This document shows, piece after piece, positions 46,960 to 56,850 of a stretch of 64,000 bases of DNA. The position numbers and the translations under genes are program-made. Source of the stretch: a virus. Numbering within the stretch: position 1 is the stretch's first letter; every line of letters begins with the position of its first letter. The stretch is taken from IMG/VR virus record IMGVR_UViG_3300040770_000357; one strand, given 5' to 3'. The notes beneath the pieces are model-generated. The model was not told the origin of the DNA and did no database searches. It saw nothing but the letters and a program-made list of their open reading frames with translations.

Positions 46960-47450
46960 AGAAATAAAGGCTAAACATTGAACCTTTGTGAATATATTGC
47001 CTTAATGTAGTTCTGAATTGGCTGAACTATTATTCACATAAAGATATCACCCACGAATTGACGTGGGGTTATTAAGAACGGCTGGAAGGTGATACGGATG
47101 CTGAAGTGTACGAACGTGAGTACTTAGTCCGAGCACTGTAATAATAGAGTAATCTTGAGCGTGCCCTCTCCCTTTGAGAAAGGAGAAAGTATCTGAACAA
47201 CCCTAATAAGGTTGGGTAACACAGTGTACAGGTAACGAATGAGCGACTATCCGTGAGGACGTTGGGCTATTAGTTAAACATACATAAGAAAAGGTGTCAA
47301 AGCACAGCTCTATGCTAAGATGTATGTAAATGGAAGTAAGCTTTAGGCTTCTAATAGTTTTCTCAGCAAGTAGTTAATTAACTGCGTGACCCTACTCTTG
47401 TCATGAACGTCAGATTGCAAATGTGACAGTAGTGACAAGAAAGAGGGTGC
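46960..47450 (+). ncRNA. Large structured RNA of unknown family
   Basis: ORF-free ~490 nt after promoter; >10 helices visible by eye. Confidence 0.7.
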
Positions 47451-47475
47451 TAATAAATTATTTAAAAATATTGTT

Positions 47476-47793
47476 ATGACAAAAAGTAACGCAAGGGTAA
47501 TAGCGAATTTAATAACCAATGAACAATTGGTTGGGACATTTAAAGCAGCTAAGGTTTCAATAACTAATTGGGATGTACCTAGTGTTTGTAATAAAGGTTT
47601 ATCAAAAGGTATTGCTTGGAACATCTTAGCGAGTGATTTCGATGTATCTAAAGAATATAATTCACTCGCTAAGACAAATATGGTTAGAGAGTTTAGTGAT
47701 TTCATACCAGACTATTTAAAACCGAAAAAAAAAGAACCTAAACCAGATTTGTATCTTTCGCATCAAATCCCAAATTTTAAGAACTATGAGTAA
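47476..47793 (+). CDS. Hypothetical protein
   Basis: ORF overlapping smpB start. Confidence 0.65.
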   Translation: MTKSNARVIANLITNEQLVGTFKAAKVSITNWDVPSVCNKGLSKGIAWNILASDFDVSKEYNSLAKTNMVREFSDFIPDYLKPKKKEPKPDLYLSHQIPNFKNYE

Positions 47794-48229
47794 GTTAATT
47801 GTTAAAAACAAACGTGGTTATTTTGAATATGAAATACTAAAAAAAGAGGTTGCTGGTATACAATTAGTTGGTTCAGAGGTTAAATCAATTAAAAGTGGTA
47901 ATGTATCCATATCGGAAGCGTATTGTTACATAAATAATGATGAGATATTCATAAAAGGGATGCATGTCGCTGAACATAAAGAGGCTGGAACTAAATTGAA
48001 TCATGAACCAATTAGGAATAGGAAGTTATTGTTAAAGAAGAAAGAAATTATTGGTCTTCGTGAAAATGTTTCAGTGAAAGGCTTTACAATTATACCTTTG
48101 AGTATTATATTATCTGACACTGGATATATAAAGCTTGAGATTGGCCTTGGAAAAGGTAAGAATCTATACGATAAATCAAAAGCTATCAAGTTACGTGATT
48201 TAGACCGAGATTTAAAAAGAAATGTATAA
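47786..48229 (+). CDS. smpB: SsrA-binding protein
   Basis: AGIQLVGSEVKSI, RKLLLKKKEI, GKGKNLYDK. Confidence 0.93.
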   Translation: MSKLIVKNKRGYFEYEILKKEVAGIQLVGSEVKSIKSGNVSISEAYCYINNDEIFIKGMHVAEHKEAGTKLNHEPIRNRKLLLKKKEIIGLRENVSVKGFTIIPLSIILSDTGYIKLEIGLGKGKNLYDKSKAIKLRDLDRDLKRNV

Positions 48230-48271
48230 CATTAAAAACCCCAAGTTTTAAACTAAACCACAATTACCCAA

Positions 48272-49168
48272 ATGAGAAAAATTTCAATAATGGCTGGTTC
48301 ATACACCAGAAGAGAAAGTGAGTCGTTTACCCAATATTTAAAAGATGTCGCTGAGATAAAATTACTTACAGTTGACGAAGAAGTTGAATTAACTAGAAAA
48401 ATTAGTCTTGGTGATTCAAAAGCTATTGATGAGTTAGTTAAAAGGAATTTAAGGTTTGTTATTAGTGTAGCTAAACAATATGCATCTTCTAAAGTTTCTC
48501 TTGAGGATTTAGTAAATGAAGGTAATATTGGTCTTATTATGGCAGCTGGAAAATTTGATAGTACAACGGGTAATAAATTCATTACGTTTGCTATTTGGTG
48601 GATTCAGAAATTAATCCTTGAATATATAAGCAAATTTGGTTCCACTGTTAGACTACCATCTAACAAGATAAATGGTGTCAGCCGTTTGGATAAACGAGTT
48701 AGAGAACTAGAACAAAAGTTTGGTAGAGCAGTCGATATTGAGGAAATTATTTCTGAGTTTGGTAGTGGTGATACGGATGGTGATAACTATAGTCAATTAG
48801 AATTATTGAGGTCATTCAGTATTCACTCATTAGATAGGCCAACAAATGTTAGTGATGATAGTAGTAATAGTGGAACTTTGGTTGAATTATTGGTTTATGA
48901 TGATGACTTAATGTCAGACCATTTAGTTACTGGTGGTGATGTTAAGGAAAAAATAACTTTATTATTGGAAAAACTTAAGCCTAGAGATAAAGATATTATG
49001 ATTGCGCTATTTGGTTTAGATGGTTTTCCACCTAGAAACCTTGAAGAAGTAGCTAATTCTGTAACACCAAAGTTAACACGTGAAATGATTAGACAGATAA
49101 GAATTAAATCACTTAAAAAATTAAAACTTGTTTTAGATAAGGCTATGATTACTGAAGATGTATTGTAA
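48272..49168 (+). CDS. Sigma-70 factor, Bacteroidetes primary-sigma-like (no region 1.1)
   Basis: NLRFVISVAKQY, DLVNEGNIGL, WWI, SLD, region 4 TREMIRQI. Confidence 0.9.
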   Translation: MRKISIMAGSYTRRESESFTQYLKDVAEIKLLTVDEEVELTRKISLGDSKAIDELVKRNLRFVISVAKQYASSKVSLEDLVNEGNIGLIMAAGKFDSTTGNKFITFAIWWIQKLILEYISKFGSTVRLPSNKINGVSRLDKRVRELEQKFGRAVDIEEIISEFGSGDTDGDNYSQLELLRSFSIHSLDRPTNVSDDSSNSGTLVELLVYDDDLMSDHLVTGGDVKEKITLLLEKLKPRDKDIMIALFGLDGFPPRNLEEVANSVTPKLTREMIRQIRIKSLKKLKLVLDKAMITEDVL

Positions 49169-49260
49169 AACAAATTTATAGTGACTACCATGTACACTTA
49201 TGTGTACATAAGGTATGTCTTTTTTACATATCTTGGATATTTATAATAAACAAATATATT

Positions 49261-49587
49261 ATGGAAAGGAATAGGATTAAAAGTATACTTAGAGAGTCAT
49301 TGGGTTTCGTATCTGAAGATGAAGAGGGTAATGACTCTCAAAAACGCAGAAACACGAAAAGAGATTATACTGATATTCAGAATGCATTGAATAAAGACCA
49401 TAACCCTACCGCACCATCACACGTGGGTGTAATGAAAGATGCATTAGCTTGGGATGATGACGAATCTGGTACCAATAGGTCACTGTTTGGTAAAATGGTC
49501 CACCAAGACACCAACGATGAGGGTTCCTATTACCAATTCGATGAAAAACAACTAGCCAGAGTTAGAGCTTCATTACATTTAAACTAA
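49261..49587 (+). CDS. Hypothetical protein with IKxxLRExL..E N-terminus
   Basis: Preceded by ATATTTATA motif; followed by terminator. Confidence 0.7.
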   Translation: MERNRIKSILRESLGFVSEDEEGNDSQKRRNTKRDYTDIQNALNKDHNPTAPSHVGVMKDALAWDDDESGTNRSLFGKMVHQDTNDEGSYYQFDEKQLARVRASLHLN

Positions 49588-49792
49588 TAACAATCCTCGT
49601 TTTTCGGGGATTTTTTGTTTTCAGTAAAGACCAACGTAAAAAACCCCATACTTACTTGAGTATGGGGTTGCTTGGCTTTTTGGTGATGCAAACATACAAT
49701 TAATTTCTTATAAAAAAAAACTTTATTTTTATTGTTTACTAAATAAAAAGGTTATATATTTGTGGTCAACTAACCCACTAACATATATAATT

Positions 49793-50149
49793 ATGAATAG
49801 TCACAATATTGCCGATAAATTAGAATCATTTTTATCTGATTATAATGAACTTAACAAAATATATGATATTGAACTACAGAAACTTAGTGATATAGATAAA
49901 AAATTATCTATATTCTATCATAAAGTTGAGGGTGTTAAAATTAATCATATTAGTGAATCACATAATATGATTAAAGAATTAAAAGAAATACTAGCTATAA
50001 GGCGAGAAAGTAAACTTAATACAAGGTTGTTGTTATCGTTTAACCAAACACTTGAACCAAAAATGAAACAGTTTAAGGACAGTAAAAACAAAATGCAGAC
50101 TATACATTTAAAACTACTTAAAGATTTAGAAATTAACGCTAATAAATAA
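49793..50149 (+). CDS. Hypothetical coiled-coil protein
   Basis: ORF after promoter. Confidence 0.65.
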   Translation: MNSHNIADKLESFLSDYNELNKIYDIELQKLSDIDKKLSIFYHKVEGVKINHISESHNMIKELKEILAIRRESKLNTRLLLSFNQTLEPKMKQFKDSKNKMQTIHLKLLKDLEINANK

Positions 50150-50153
50150 TTAT

Positions 50154-50771
50154 ATGAAACTAGACATCGAAAAAAAAGCAGATTTGATTTTTAATAATGT
50201 AATTACTTTAAAAATTATCGAATCAGATGTTGATTTAACCAGCATATTCAATGATGAAGTTAAACTACCTTTCGGTATACTTCAAAAATTGGCGTTAGAG
50301 GATAAGTTAAATGATACAACTAAAGATATGTTGTTGGCTATTTTTGATGGTCTTATAATCACTAACCAAACATTTATTGATTTATACCTTAGCTATGAAA
50401 ATGGTAGTCAAAATATTGACACTATTATCACCTCTACACCTATAATAGAGGTTGAGGTGGAAAAACCTATCGCTATCGTTAAAGTGGTTAAAACTAAGGT
50501 TGAGTCGGATAAGGTAGAGTTACCAAGAAGATATGGTAAGGAGAAAATTGTTCAAGATATTAAAGACCAAGGTGGTGTCGCTACTTCGGTGCAAAGAGCA
50601 ATGTTAAAGGTTAATGACCTTAAAAATATATATGTGAACCTATCGAATAGAGGTATTAAAGCTATGATAGGTGGGGATGAAACTATATTGTCTGATACAG
50701 ATTGTAGAACAATTACATCGGCAATTACAATACTTGAACGAAAACTTGATGAAATACTTAAAACAAAATAG
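50154..50771 (+). CDS. Hypothetical protein
   Basis: ORF in operon. Confidence 0.7.
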   Translation: MKLDIEKKADLIFNNVITLKIIESDVDLTSIFNDEVKLPFGILQKLALEDKLNDTTKDMLLAIFDGLIITNQTFIDLYLSYENGSQNIDTIITSTPIIEVEVEKPIAIVKVVKTKVESDKVELPRRYGKEKIVQDIKDQGGVATSVQRAMLKVNDLKNIYVNLSNRGIKAMIGGDETILSDTDCRTITSAITILERKLDEILKTK

Positions 50772-50782
50772 ATAAATTTTTT

Positions 50783-51094
50783 ATGATTGCATACAAATTA
50801 ATTAGAAAATTAAAAGATGGTTCATTATCACCACTTTTTATTAATAGAAAAAGCCGAACACCATTAAATATATGGTTAGAAGCTGAATCACACCCAACAA
50901 ATGGTTTTGCCTTTCGTAAAGGTTGGCATTGTACACTTGAACCAATTGCCCCACACTTATCAAAAACAAATAGAGTTTGGGTAGAAGTTGAAGTTGAGGA
51001 TTATGTTAGTCATAAAAGACCATTATCACAAGGTGGCATCTGGATTTTAGCTCAAAGAATGAAAATTATTCGTGAATTAGATAATATAATATAA
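50783..51094 (+). CDS. Hypothetical phage protein
   Basis: ORF in operon. Confidence 0.7.
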   Translation: MIAYKLIRKLKDGSLSPLFINRKSRTPLNIWLEAESHPTNGFAFRKGWHCTLEPIAPHLSKTNRVWVEVEVEDYVSHKRPLSQGGIWILAQRMKIIRELDNII

Positions 51095-51098
51095 TATT

Positions 51099-51470
51099 AT
51101 GGAACGATATGAAAAAGTTATTACACCAGAAATAGAGGAACGATTAATTTCTTGGTGTGAAATAGAAAAGTATTCACAAGGTGATAGTTACTTTGCTTAT
51201 GTCTCTCAAGATAATAAGTTTTGTGTTGGGTATACTAATGATTATCCTTTACAACACGGTAAGGGAAAATGTTTTACTCTAAGCGATACCGAGTTTGAAT
51301 ACGCTATGAATAGACCCTTAACAGAGTTAGAGTTGATGCAGAAATTTTGGTGGCCTAAAACCATGTTAGAACGACAAGACTTATGTGATAAATATTTTGA
51401 GGGTGAAGTCGCTAGATGTCTGAATGAAAATAAACGAATACACATATATAAACAAGAAACTTTAAACTAA
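51099..51470 (+). CDS. Hypothetical protein
   Basis: ORF in operon. Confidence 0.65.
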   Translation: MERYEKVITPEIEERLISWCEIEKYSQGDSYFAYVSQDNKFCVGYTNDYPLQHGKGKCFTLSDTEFEYAMNRPLTELELMQKFWWPKTMLERQDLCDKYFEGEVARCLNENKRIHIYKQETLN

Positions 51471-51475
51471 ATAAA

Positions 51476-51715
51476 ATGATATTATTACTATTACTTCCAA
51501 CATATTTATTAAGCGTATATTTAATGTATAAATATATGAGGATTGCGCATAGCGAAAAAGGTATATGGTGTTCTTTAGATATTAAAACTCCAGAGTTACT
51601 CATTGTTTTCATACCTATTATAAATACATTATTTGTAATAATTGCTTGGGTATTTATGTATCCAATTGTAAAAAGAGAACGTAATTATAATAATTTCTTT
51701 AACGTTAAAAGGTAG
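51476..51715 (+). CDS. Small membrane protein
   Basis: Two hydrophobic stretches. Confidence 0.55.
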   Translation: MILLLLLPTYLLSVYLMYKYMRIAHSEKGIWCSLDIKTPELLIVFIPIINTLFVIIAWVFMYPIVKRERNYNNFFNVKR

Positions 51716-51805
51716 TTATATTTAATAAAATGTTAAAATTTATTAAATATTTGGTGGATTGGTTTGAATGTTATATATTTGTACTCAACATTAAAACCAA
51801 TAGCC

Positions 51806-52006
51806 ATGAAAAAAGTCGCAAAATTAGTTACAGTAAGTTTTACAACACGTATGATAGTTGATGAGTCAGCTTCAGAAAATGAAATAATCGAATTATCAAA
51901 AGCTAGATTCATTAACAAAGTTAATTCTGAAATTAGTGAGCATATTGAAAGCATTGAGGATGATGAAGAATGTCCATATGATGCAAATTTTGATACTATT
52001 AACTAA
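51806..52006 (+). CDS. Hypothetical protein
   Basis: ATG after TATATTTG promoter. Confidence 0.6.
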   Translation: MKKVAKLVTVSFTTRMIVDESASENEIIELSKARFINKVNSEISEHIESIEDDEECPYDANFDTIN

Positions 52007-52017
52007 AAATCATTGTT

Positions 52018-52581
52018 ATGGAAATTAAAAACACTAATACTGAGTTAATACCTAAAAGTATCTTTAAAGGTACTAATGCTGATGGAAGTAAATTCACTGT
52101 TAATGAATGGTCACCAAATAGTATTGGTAATACACCCGATATGATTGGTTGCTCTGGCGTTATTGCGGCATGTTTCTTAACGGCAATTATAGCACCACTT
52201 ACATTTATATTTTCAATTTTTAGTAATGCCCATAGAAGTTTAAACATCATTGGTGCGATATTGGGTACATATTTCCTTATCGATTGTTATAATAATTGGG
52301 TAATATTTATGGGTATTCAAATATTTGTTTCAAACGAAACGATATTGATGTTACTACAATTAACAGTCGTTGGTGTTATCGGAAACATAGTGGTTATACT
52401 ATCTGATTTTGTGTTTCATAAAATAATAACAATAATTTTAAGTTTAGTTATAGCTGGGTTTGCCTTAGTATACTATAATAACAATATAGAGGATAGTCGA
52501 AAACTATTTGATTATCAAAAACAAAGAGATGTAAATTTATACCAACAAGAAGTTGATAGGGCTGAGGAACTTTTAAAATAA
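52018..52581 (+). CDS. Membrane protein
   Basis: Four hydrophobic stretches. Confidence 0.65.
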   Translation: MEIKNTNTELIPKSIFKGTNADGSKFTVNEWSPNSIGNTPDMIGCSGVIAACFLTAIIAPLTFIFSIFSNAHRSLNIIGAILGTYFLIDCYNNWVIFMGIQIFVSNETILMLLQLTVVGVIGNIVVILSDFVFHKIITIILSLVIAGFALVYYNNNIEDSRKLFDYQKQRDVNLYQQEVDRAEELLK

Positions 52582-52587
52582 ATAATC

Positions 52588-52875
52588 ATGGAAGTTTATA
52601 AAGCAATAACAGAAGAAGAATTTTATGAATTAGAGTTAGTTCATAACCATTTTGTTGATGCAAGTTGGAATGGTAATCTATTTGAGACATATGGTGAAGA
52701 ACTTGACTATGTTATTAAACATATTGATACTAACCAAGTCTTGACGATAATAGAATATTCTGACGATGATGAATCGGTGTTCTATGTAACAACTGGCTTT
52801 CATAGGGTTAATAGATATGGGTATCTAATCTTAGCTAAACCATACGAATACGAATTTGAAGTTAAAATTGATTAA
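52588..52875 (+). CDS. Hypothetical protein
   Basis: ORF in operon. Confidence 0.65.
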   Translation: MEVYKAITEEEFYELELVHNHFVDASWNGNLFETYGEELDYVIKHIDTNQVLTIIEYSDDDESVFYVTTGFHRVNRYGYLILAKPYEYEFEVKID

Positions 52876-52932
52876 TAATTAGGTTATATGGTAGTAATAC
52901 CATATCTTTGCTAAACAAATAAACCATATATC

Positions 52933-53136
52933 ATGAAAAATCAAGAATTAAGAAAAACAGCTAAAAATTTGGCAGTTGATGCCTCAAATGTTGCCTCAAT
53001 AACTAAAGGTACTATTGGTGGTTGTTCAATTGAAATTGAAACAATTGACCCTAAATCATTTGATTCTTACTTATACTTAATAGAGACTGTTAGGGATGAA
53101 GATTTTGAAGAAGTAAGAAATCTTTTAAAAGCATAG
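52933..53136 (+). CDS. Hypothetical protein
   Basis: ORF after promoter. Confidence 0.55.
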   Translation: MKNQELRKTAKNLAVDASNVASITKGTIGGCSIEIETIDPKSFDSYLYLIETVRDEDFEEVRNLLKA

Positions 53137-53323
53137 TACTATGAGTTATTACACAAGAACTAAACGTTCCAAGGTACTTAAAGCCTTGGAACTTATTTTA
53201 ATATTTGGTGGTATGGGTATCATATTGTACAACACCAGTATATGGGTTGGACTAGGCTTTGTGATGCTTATCGCATCTAATTTTATCACATCATATCGTA
53301 TTTTTAGAAATAATTAAGACACA

Positions 53324-53533
53324 ATGGATAAAGAAATAAAATATTACCAAAGAAACGAAATACTTAAAGATTATAACGCTTTAAGTTATGAAAAAAAATG
53401 TATTGTTCTATATGAAGCACTTGGCTGGATGGAACAATATAACGGTAGAAGTAAAACTAGATGTATTGCAATGGCTATGGGTTATGATAATACAGAAGGT
53501 GATTATGATACCTATTTTAAACGTAAAAATTAG
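53324..53533 (+). CDS. Hypothetical protein
   Basis: ORF in operon. Confidence 0.55.
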   Translation: MDKEIKYYQRNEILKDYNALSYEKKCIVLYEALGWMEQYNGRSKTRCIAMAMGYDNTEGDYDTYFKRKN

Positions 53534-53585
53534 GTTATAACGTTTATAAGTTATATATTTGTACTCAACTTTAAAACTAAACATC

Positions 53586-53855
53586 ATGGAAACTAAAAAA
53601 ACTGCTCCGACTAAAACATCTGACAAAAACAGACCAAACAAAACATTCATCCAACAAATGGTAGAATTTCGTGGTCATATGACACCAAACGAAAAAACTC
53701 AACTGAATACCCTTGAAGTTAAAAATGTGCTTCAACGTGTAAACAATAGAGCAATGAGTGAGGACAAAGCTTTTGATGATAAAAGCAATGAAAAGCTACA
53801 AAAATTGATGGCAAAATTCGTTAGCGATATGAATAAGATAATTAACACTAAATAA
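53586..53855 (+). CDS. Hypothetical protein
   Basis: ATG after promoter. Confidence 0.6.
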   Translation: METKKTAPTKTSDKNRPNKTFIQQMVEFRGHMTPNEKTQLNTLEVKNVLQRVNNRAMSEDKAFDDKSNEKLQKLMAKFVSDMNKIINTK

Positions 53856-53988
53856 TATGATTATATTATTTTTAATTGGATTATTATTATTCCCAATCTT
53901 TGCAATAGGTTGTCTATTAGTACATTTAAATTATGTATTTATCGGAATCTGCATTATAATTTATTCATTATTTAAATAACAAACATAA

Positions 53989-54450
53989 ATGCCTAGACTT
54001 AAAAACATAGTTAAATCCGTTGTATTCAATAGTAAGTGGTTACTGATACCATTCCTATTAAAATTAATCTATACGCTAATAGTATTAGCTTACGATTTTA
54101 TCATCGATGGTCATATCACAAATGAAAACATGATGGAGATACTTGAAGCAGTAGATGTTGTCATGGTTGCTTCATTAATCAAAATGATTATAAGCGGTAC
54201 ATATCATTCACTTATCGATAAGTATCATGGATTTGAAGACGAGGGGGTTTCTTCTTGGTTACTTAAAATAAAGCTGGCATCATCAATTATAGGTGTCGCA
54301 TCAATTCATTTATTACAATCATTCGTTATAGCAAATAAATTAACAGATGAAGTAGTTCAAAGACAATGTTTAATCTTTGGAATGTTTCTATTTGGTGCAT
54401 TGGTTTTATCAATAATAGATTTTCTTCATTTTAAATCTGAATCACATTAA
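53989..54450 (+). CDS. UPF0114/YqhA-like membrane protein
   Basis: SKWLLIPF, VDVVMVASLIKMII, LKIKLASSIIGVASIHLLQSF. Confidence 0.78.
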   Translation: MPRLKNIVKSVVFNSKWLLIPFLLKLIYTLIVLAYDFIIDGHITNENMMEILEAVDVVMVASLIKMIISGTYHSLIDKYHGFEDEGVSSWLLKIKLASSIIGVASIHLLQSFVIANKLTDEVVQRQCLIFGMFLFGALVLSIIDFLHFKSESH

Positions 54451-54460
54451 AAAAAAACTT

Positions 54461-54844
54461 ATGAGAAATTTAATTAAAGGGGATAAGGTAATCGCATTAT
54501 CTACAAATAACGACAATTTAGAACAGACAAGGGTAAAAGGCGCAACCTACATAGTACATGATGTTATGTATTGTAATAAATGCGGTAATCAACTAATAAA
54601 CGTTGGTTGTAAGACCTCTAAACAAACTGTTGCTCATTGTGATACATTTATGTTAGCCGATGGTCTTGCGTGGACGAATCGTGACGTTTTCTTACTGCTT
54701 GATGATGTAGAAGCGGTAACTAATCTTAAAATCGAAGCAGTACGTGAGCAAGATTATGAAACTGCAATTTTAATTAGGGATGCATTGATGGAAGCTGAAT
54801 ATGCAATCGAAAAATTAAAAAGAGATTCATTAAAAAATAGTTAA
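54461..54844 (+). CDS. Hypothetical protein with C-terminal UVR-like motif
   Basis: EAVREQDYETAILIRDAL; CxxC. Confidence 0.65.
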   Translation: MRNLIKGDKVIALSTNNDNLEQTRVKGATYIVHDVMYCNKCGNQLINVGCKTSKQTVAHCDTFMLADGLAWTNRDVFLLLDDVEAVTNLKIEAVREQDYETAILIRDALMEAEYAIEKLKRDSLKNS

Positions 54845-54910
54845 CTATTTTGTAGGATTATTTAAATATAATCGTATCTTTGCTGAACTAATAACAAAAC
54901 CCATAATATT

Positions 54911-55498
54911 ATGAAATTATCCACTTTAAATAAACGTATTGAAAAAAATAATGAAATTTTCAATAGAATGTCTAATGCTAAAAAAAGAGTTGTAATAGCT
55001 AAAGATGTTTTAGATAGGATTGCGATTGGTCAACTAAAATCATATTGCGGTGCTATTGTTCAAGATGTTAAACTGTATAAAGGTAGGGATATTAAAGATG
55101 CGCTAAATAATGATAGTGATTTTACTTGTAGTGTCTGTGCTAAAGGTGCTATGTTAATGGGTTATGTTGGGCGTGTTAATCAAATGAAATTTGATAATAT
55201 AGTAAATAGTAATTATGGTGATTCAAAGGTACATCAAAAACTAGCTGAGATATTCACACTTGAACAATTGGCATTAATAGAATTAGCTTTCGAGGGTGTT
55301 CAATATTTAAATTCAAATGTTGAAAATTTTATTACGGCTGATGATGAGGATATCATAATTAACGCAGAAGATACAAAAGCTGGTTTAGCTTTTTATAATA
55401 AATATAAAACTAGTGATTATAAACTATATGAACTAAATAATAGACTAATCGCTATCTGTAAAAATATAATCGAAAACAAAGGAACCTTTAAACCATAA
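54911..55498 (+). CDS. Hypothetical protein (tandem paralog A)
   Basis: Similar to 55503-56063. Confidence 0.8.
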   Translation: MKLSTLNKRIEKNNEIFNRMSNAKKRVVIAKDVLDRIAIGQLKSYCGAIVQDVKLYKGRDIKDALNNDSDFTCSVCAKGAMLMGYVGRVNQMKFDNIVNSNYGDSKVHQKLAEIFTLEQLALIELAFEGVQYLNSNVENFITADDEDIIINAEDTKAGLAFYNKYKTSDYKLYELNNRLIAICKNIIENKGTFKP

Positions 55499-55502
55499 TA
55501 TA

Positions 55503-56063
55503 ATGACATTATCTGAACTAAATAAAAGTATTGAAGAAAGTAATGTAGCTTTTGCCAAAATGTCTAAAGCTAAGAAAAGAGTTGAAATAGCTAAAGATAC
55601 AATCCAAAGGGTTCTTCTTGGTCAATTAAAACCTAATATTGGTAATATAATAGCCATAAATCTATTGGTTAGACGTAATGAAAACTATAGCATTAGAGAC
55701 GTTATCAACAATGATGATGAATTTAATTGTAGTGTATGTGCTAAAGGTGCTTTGTTAATGGGTTATGTTGGACGTGTAAATGAAATGCAATTTGGTCAAG
55801 CTAAAAACAGTAACGATGGTAGTTCAGCAATACATACAAAACTAGCTGAGATATTCACACTTGAACAATTGGCATTAATAGAAGTGGCATTTGAGGGTAA
55901 TCAATATCTAACATTTTGTTCTAATAATATTGATAGAAAAATAATTGTCAGTGAAGAAGATTATGACAAAGCAGATAAATTTTATGCTATCCAAAAAAAG
56001 GAAGATAGACTAATCGCTATCTGTAAAAATATAATCGAAAATAAAGGAACCTTTAAACCATAA
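55503..56063 (+). CDS. Hypothetical protein (tandem paralog B)
   Basis: Identical C-terminus RLIAICKNIIENKGTFKP and CSVCAKGA motif. Confidence 0.8.
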   Translation: MTLSELNKSIEESNVAFAKMSKAKKRVEIAKDTIQRVLLGQLKPNIGNIIAINLLVRRNENYSIRDVINNDDEFNCSVCAKGALLMGYVGRVNEMQFGQAKNSNDGSSAIHTKLAEIFTLEQLALIEVAFEGNQYLTFCSNNIDRKIIVSEEDYDKADKFYAIQKKEDRLIAICKNIIENKGTFKP

Positions 56064-56065
56064 TT

Positions 56066-56332
56066 ATGGAGAAAGTAAACGAACAATTAAGAGAGTTACA
56101 GAAAAAAACTATTGGTTTATTTAAACGAGGGTTTGATAAAGATGTTTGGCTAGTGGTAGAAAATTATAATGGTACATTAACTTGCGTGTCAATCACACCA
56201 TTATCAGCAATGCACACGTTAACAATTAATATAAAAGAAGGTGAATATTTATCATTCGGTGGTCAATCATTATATGAAATTAAAGACGATGTATATGCAT
56301 TCAATGAATTATACACCAATTTCATCAAATAG
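56066..56332 (+). CDS. Hypothetical protein
   Basis: ORF in operon. Confidence 0.55.
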   Translation: MEKVNEQLRELQKKTIGLFKRGFDKDVWLVVENYNGTLTCVSITPLSAMHTLTINIKEGEYLSFGGQSLYEIKDDVYAFNELYTNFIK

Positions 56333-56478
56333 TATGCAAATATCCCTTAAACTTAAAAAAAACTGCATCTTCTCACGTAGAAATGGATTCAGAGGACTAT
56401 CAATAGGTAAATATAACCTAAGCATACGTATATTCGGTATAGAAATATTTACTAAATCACCAAAAAAACACAAACAAA

Positions 56479-56775
56479 ATGGGGTCAGTTAAAGTAATTA
56501 TTAACCTTTCAGAGTATAATGAATTGGTTGAGTTTAAAGATAAAACCTTAAGAGGTAATGTCGTATACAAGTTAAAAAATCAGTCAATTGGCTATGGGTA
56601 TATGGATGTTACTTACCTAACAAATGATGAAGCAGTAGGTGAAATAACTAAAGAAGCTATCCATTTAAGACAACAAGTCGATATACTTCAAAATTCCAGA
56701 CGTAATGGTAAGGATACAATCGATGAAACATGGTCAATATTTAAGTTTATAAAATTTAAATTAGGTAAAAGATAA
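56479..56775 (+). CDS. Hypothetical protein
   Basis: ORF in operon. Confidence 0.6.
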   Translation: MGSVKVIINLSEYNELVEFKDKTLRGNVVYKLKNQSIGYGYMDVTYLTNDEAVGEITKEAIHLRQQVDILQNSRRNGKDTIDETWSIFKFIKFKLGKR

Positions 56776-56850
56776 AAATATGTCTAAAAAAATTAGATAT
56801 ATCAATATGTTTACCATATCTTTGCTGAGAACAATTTAAAAACACATATT

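Noticed and set aside
46960-47450. tmRNA, RNase P RNA or an intact group I intron
   Set aside because: No tRNA-like ends, no GAGGAAAGTCC P4 motif, and the P7-like strands are in the wrong order with no interrupted gene.
47343-47705. Minus-strand 120-aa ORF
   Set aside because: Shadow of the + strand gene and structured RNA.
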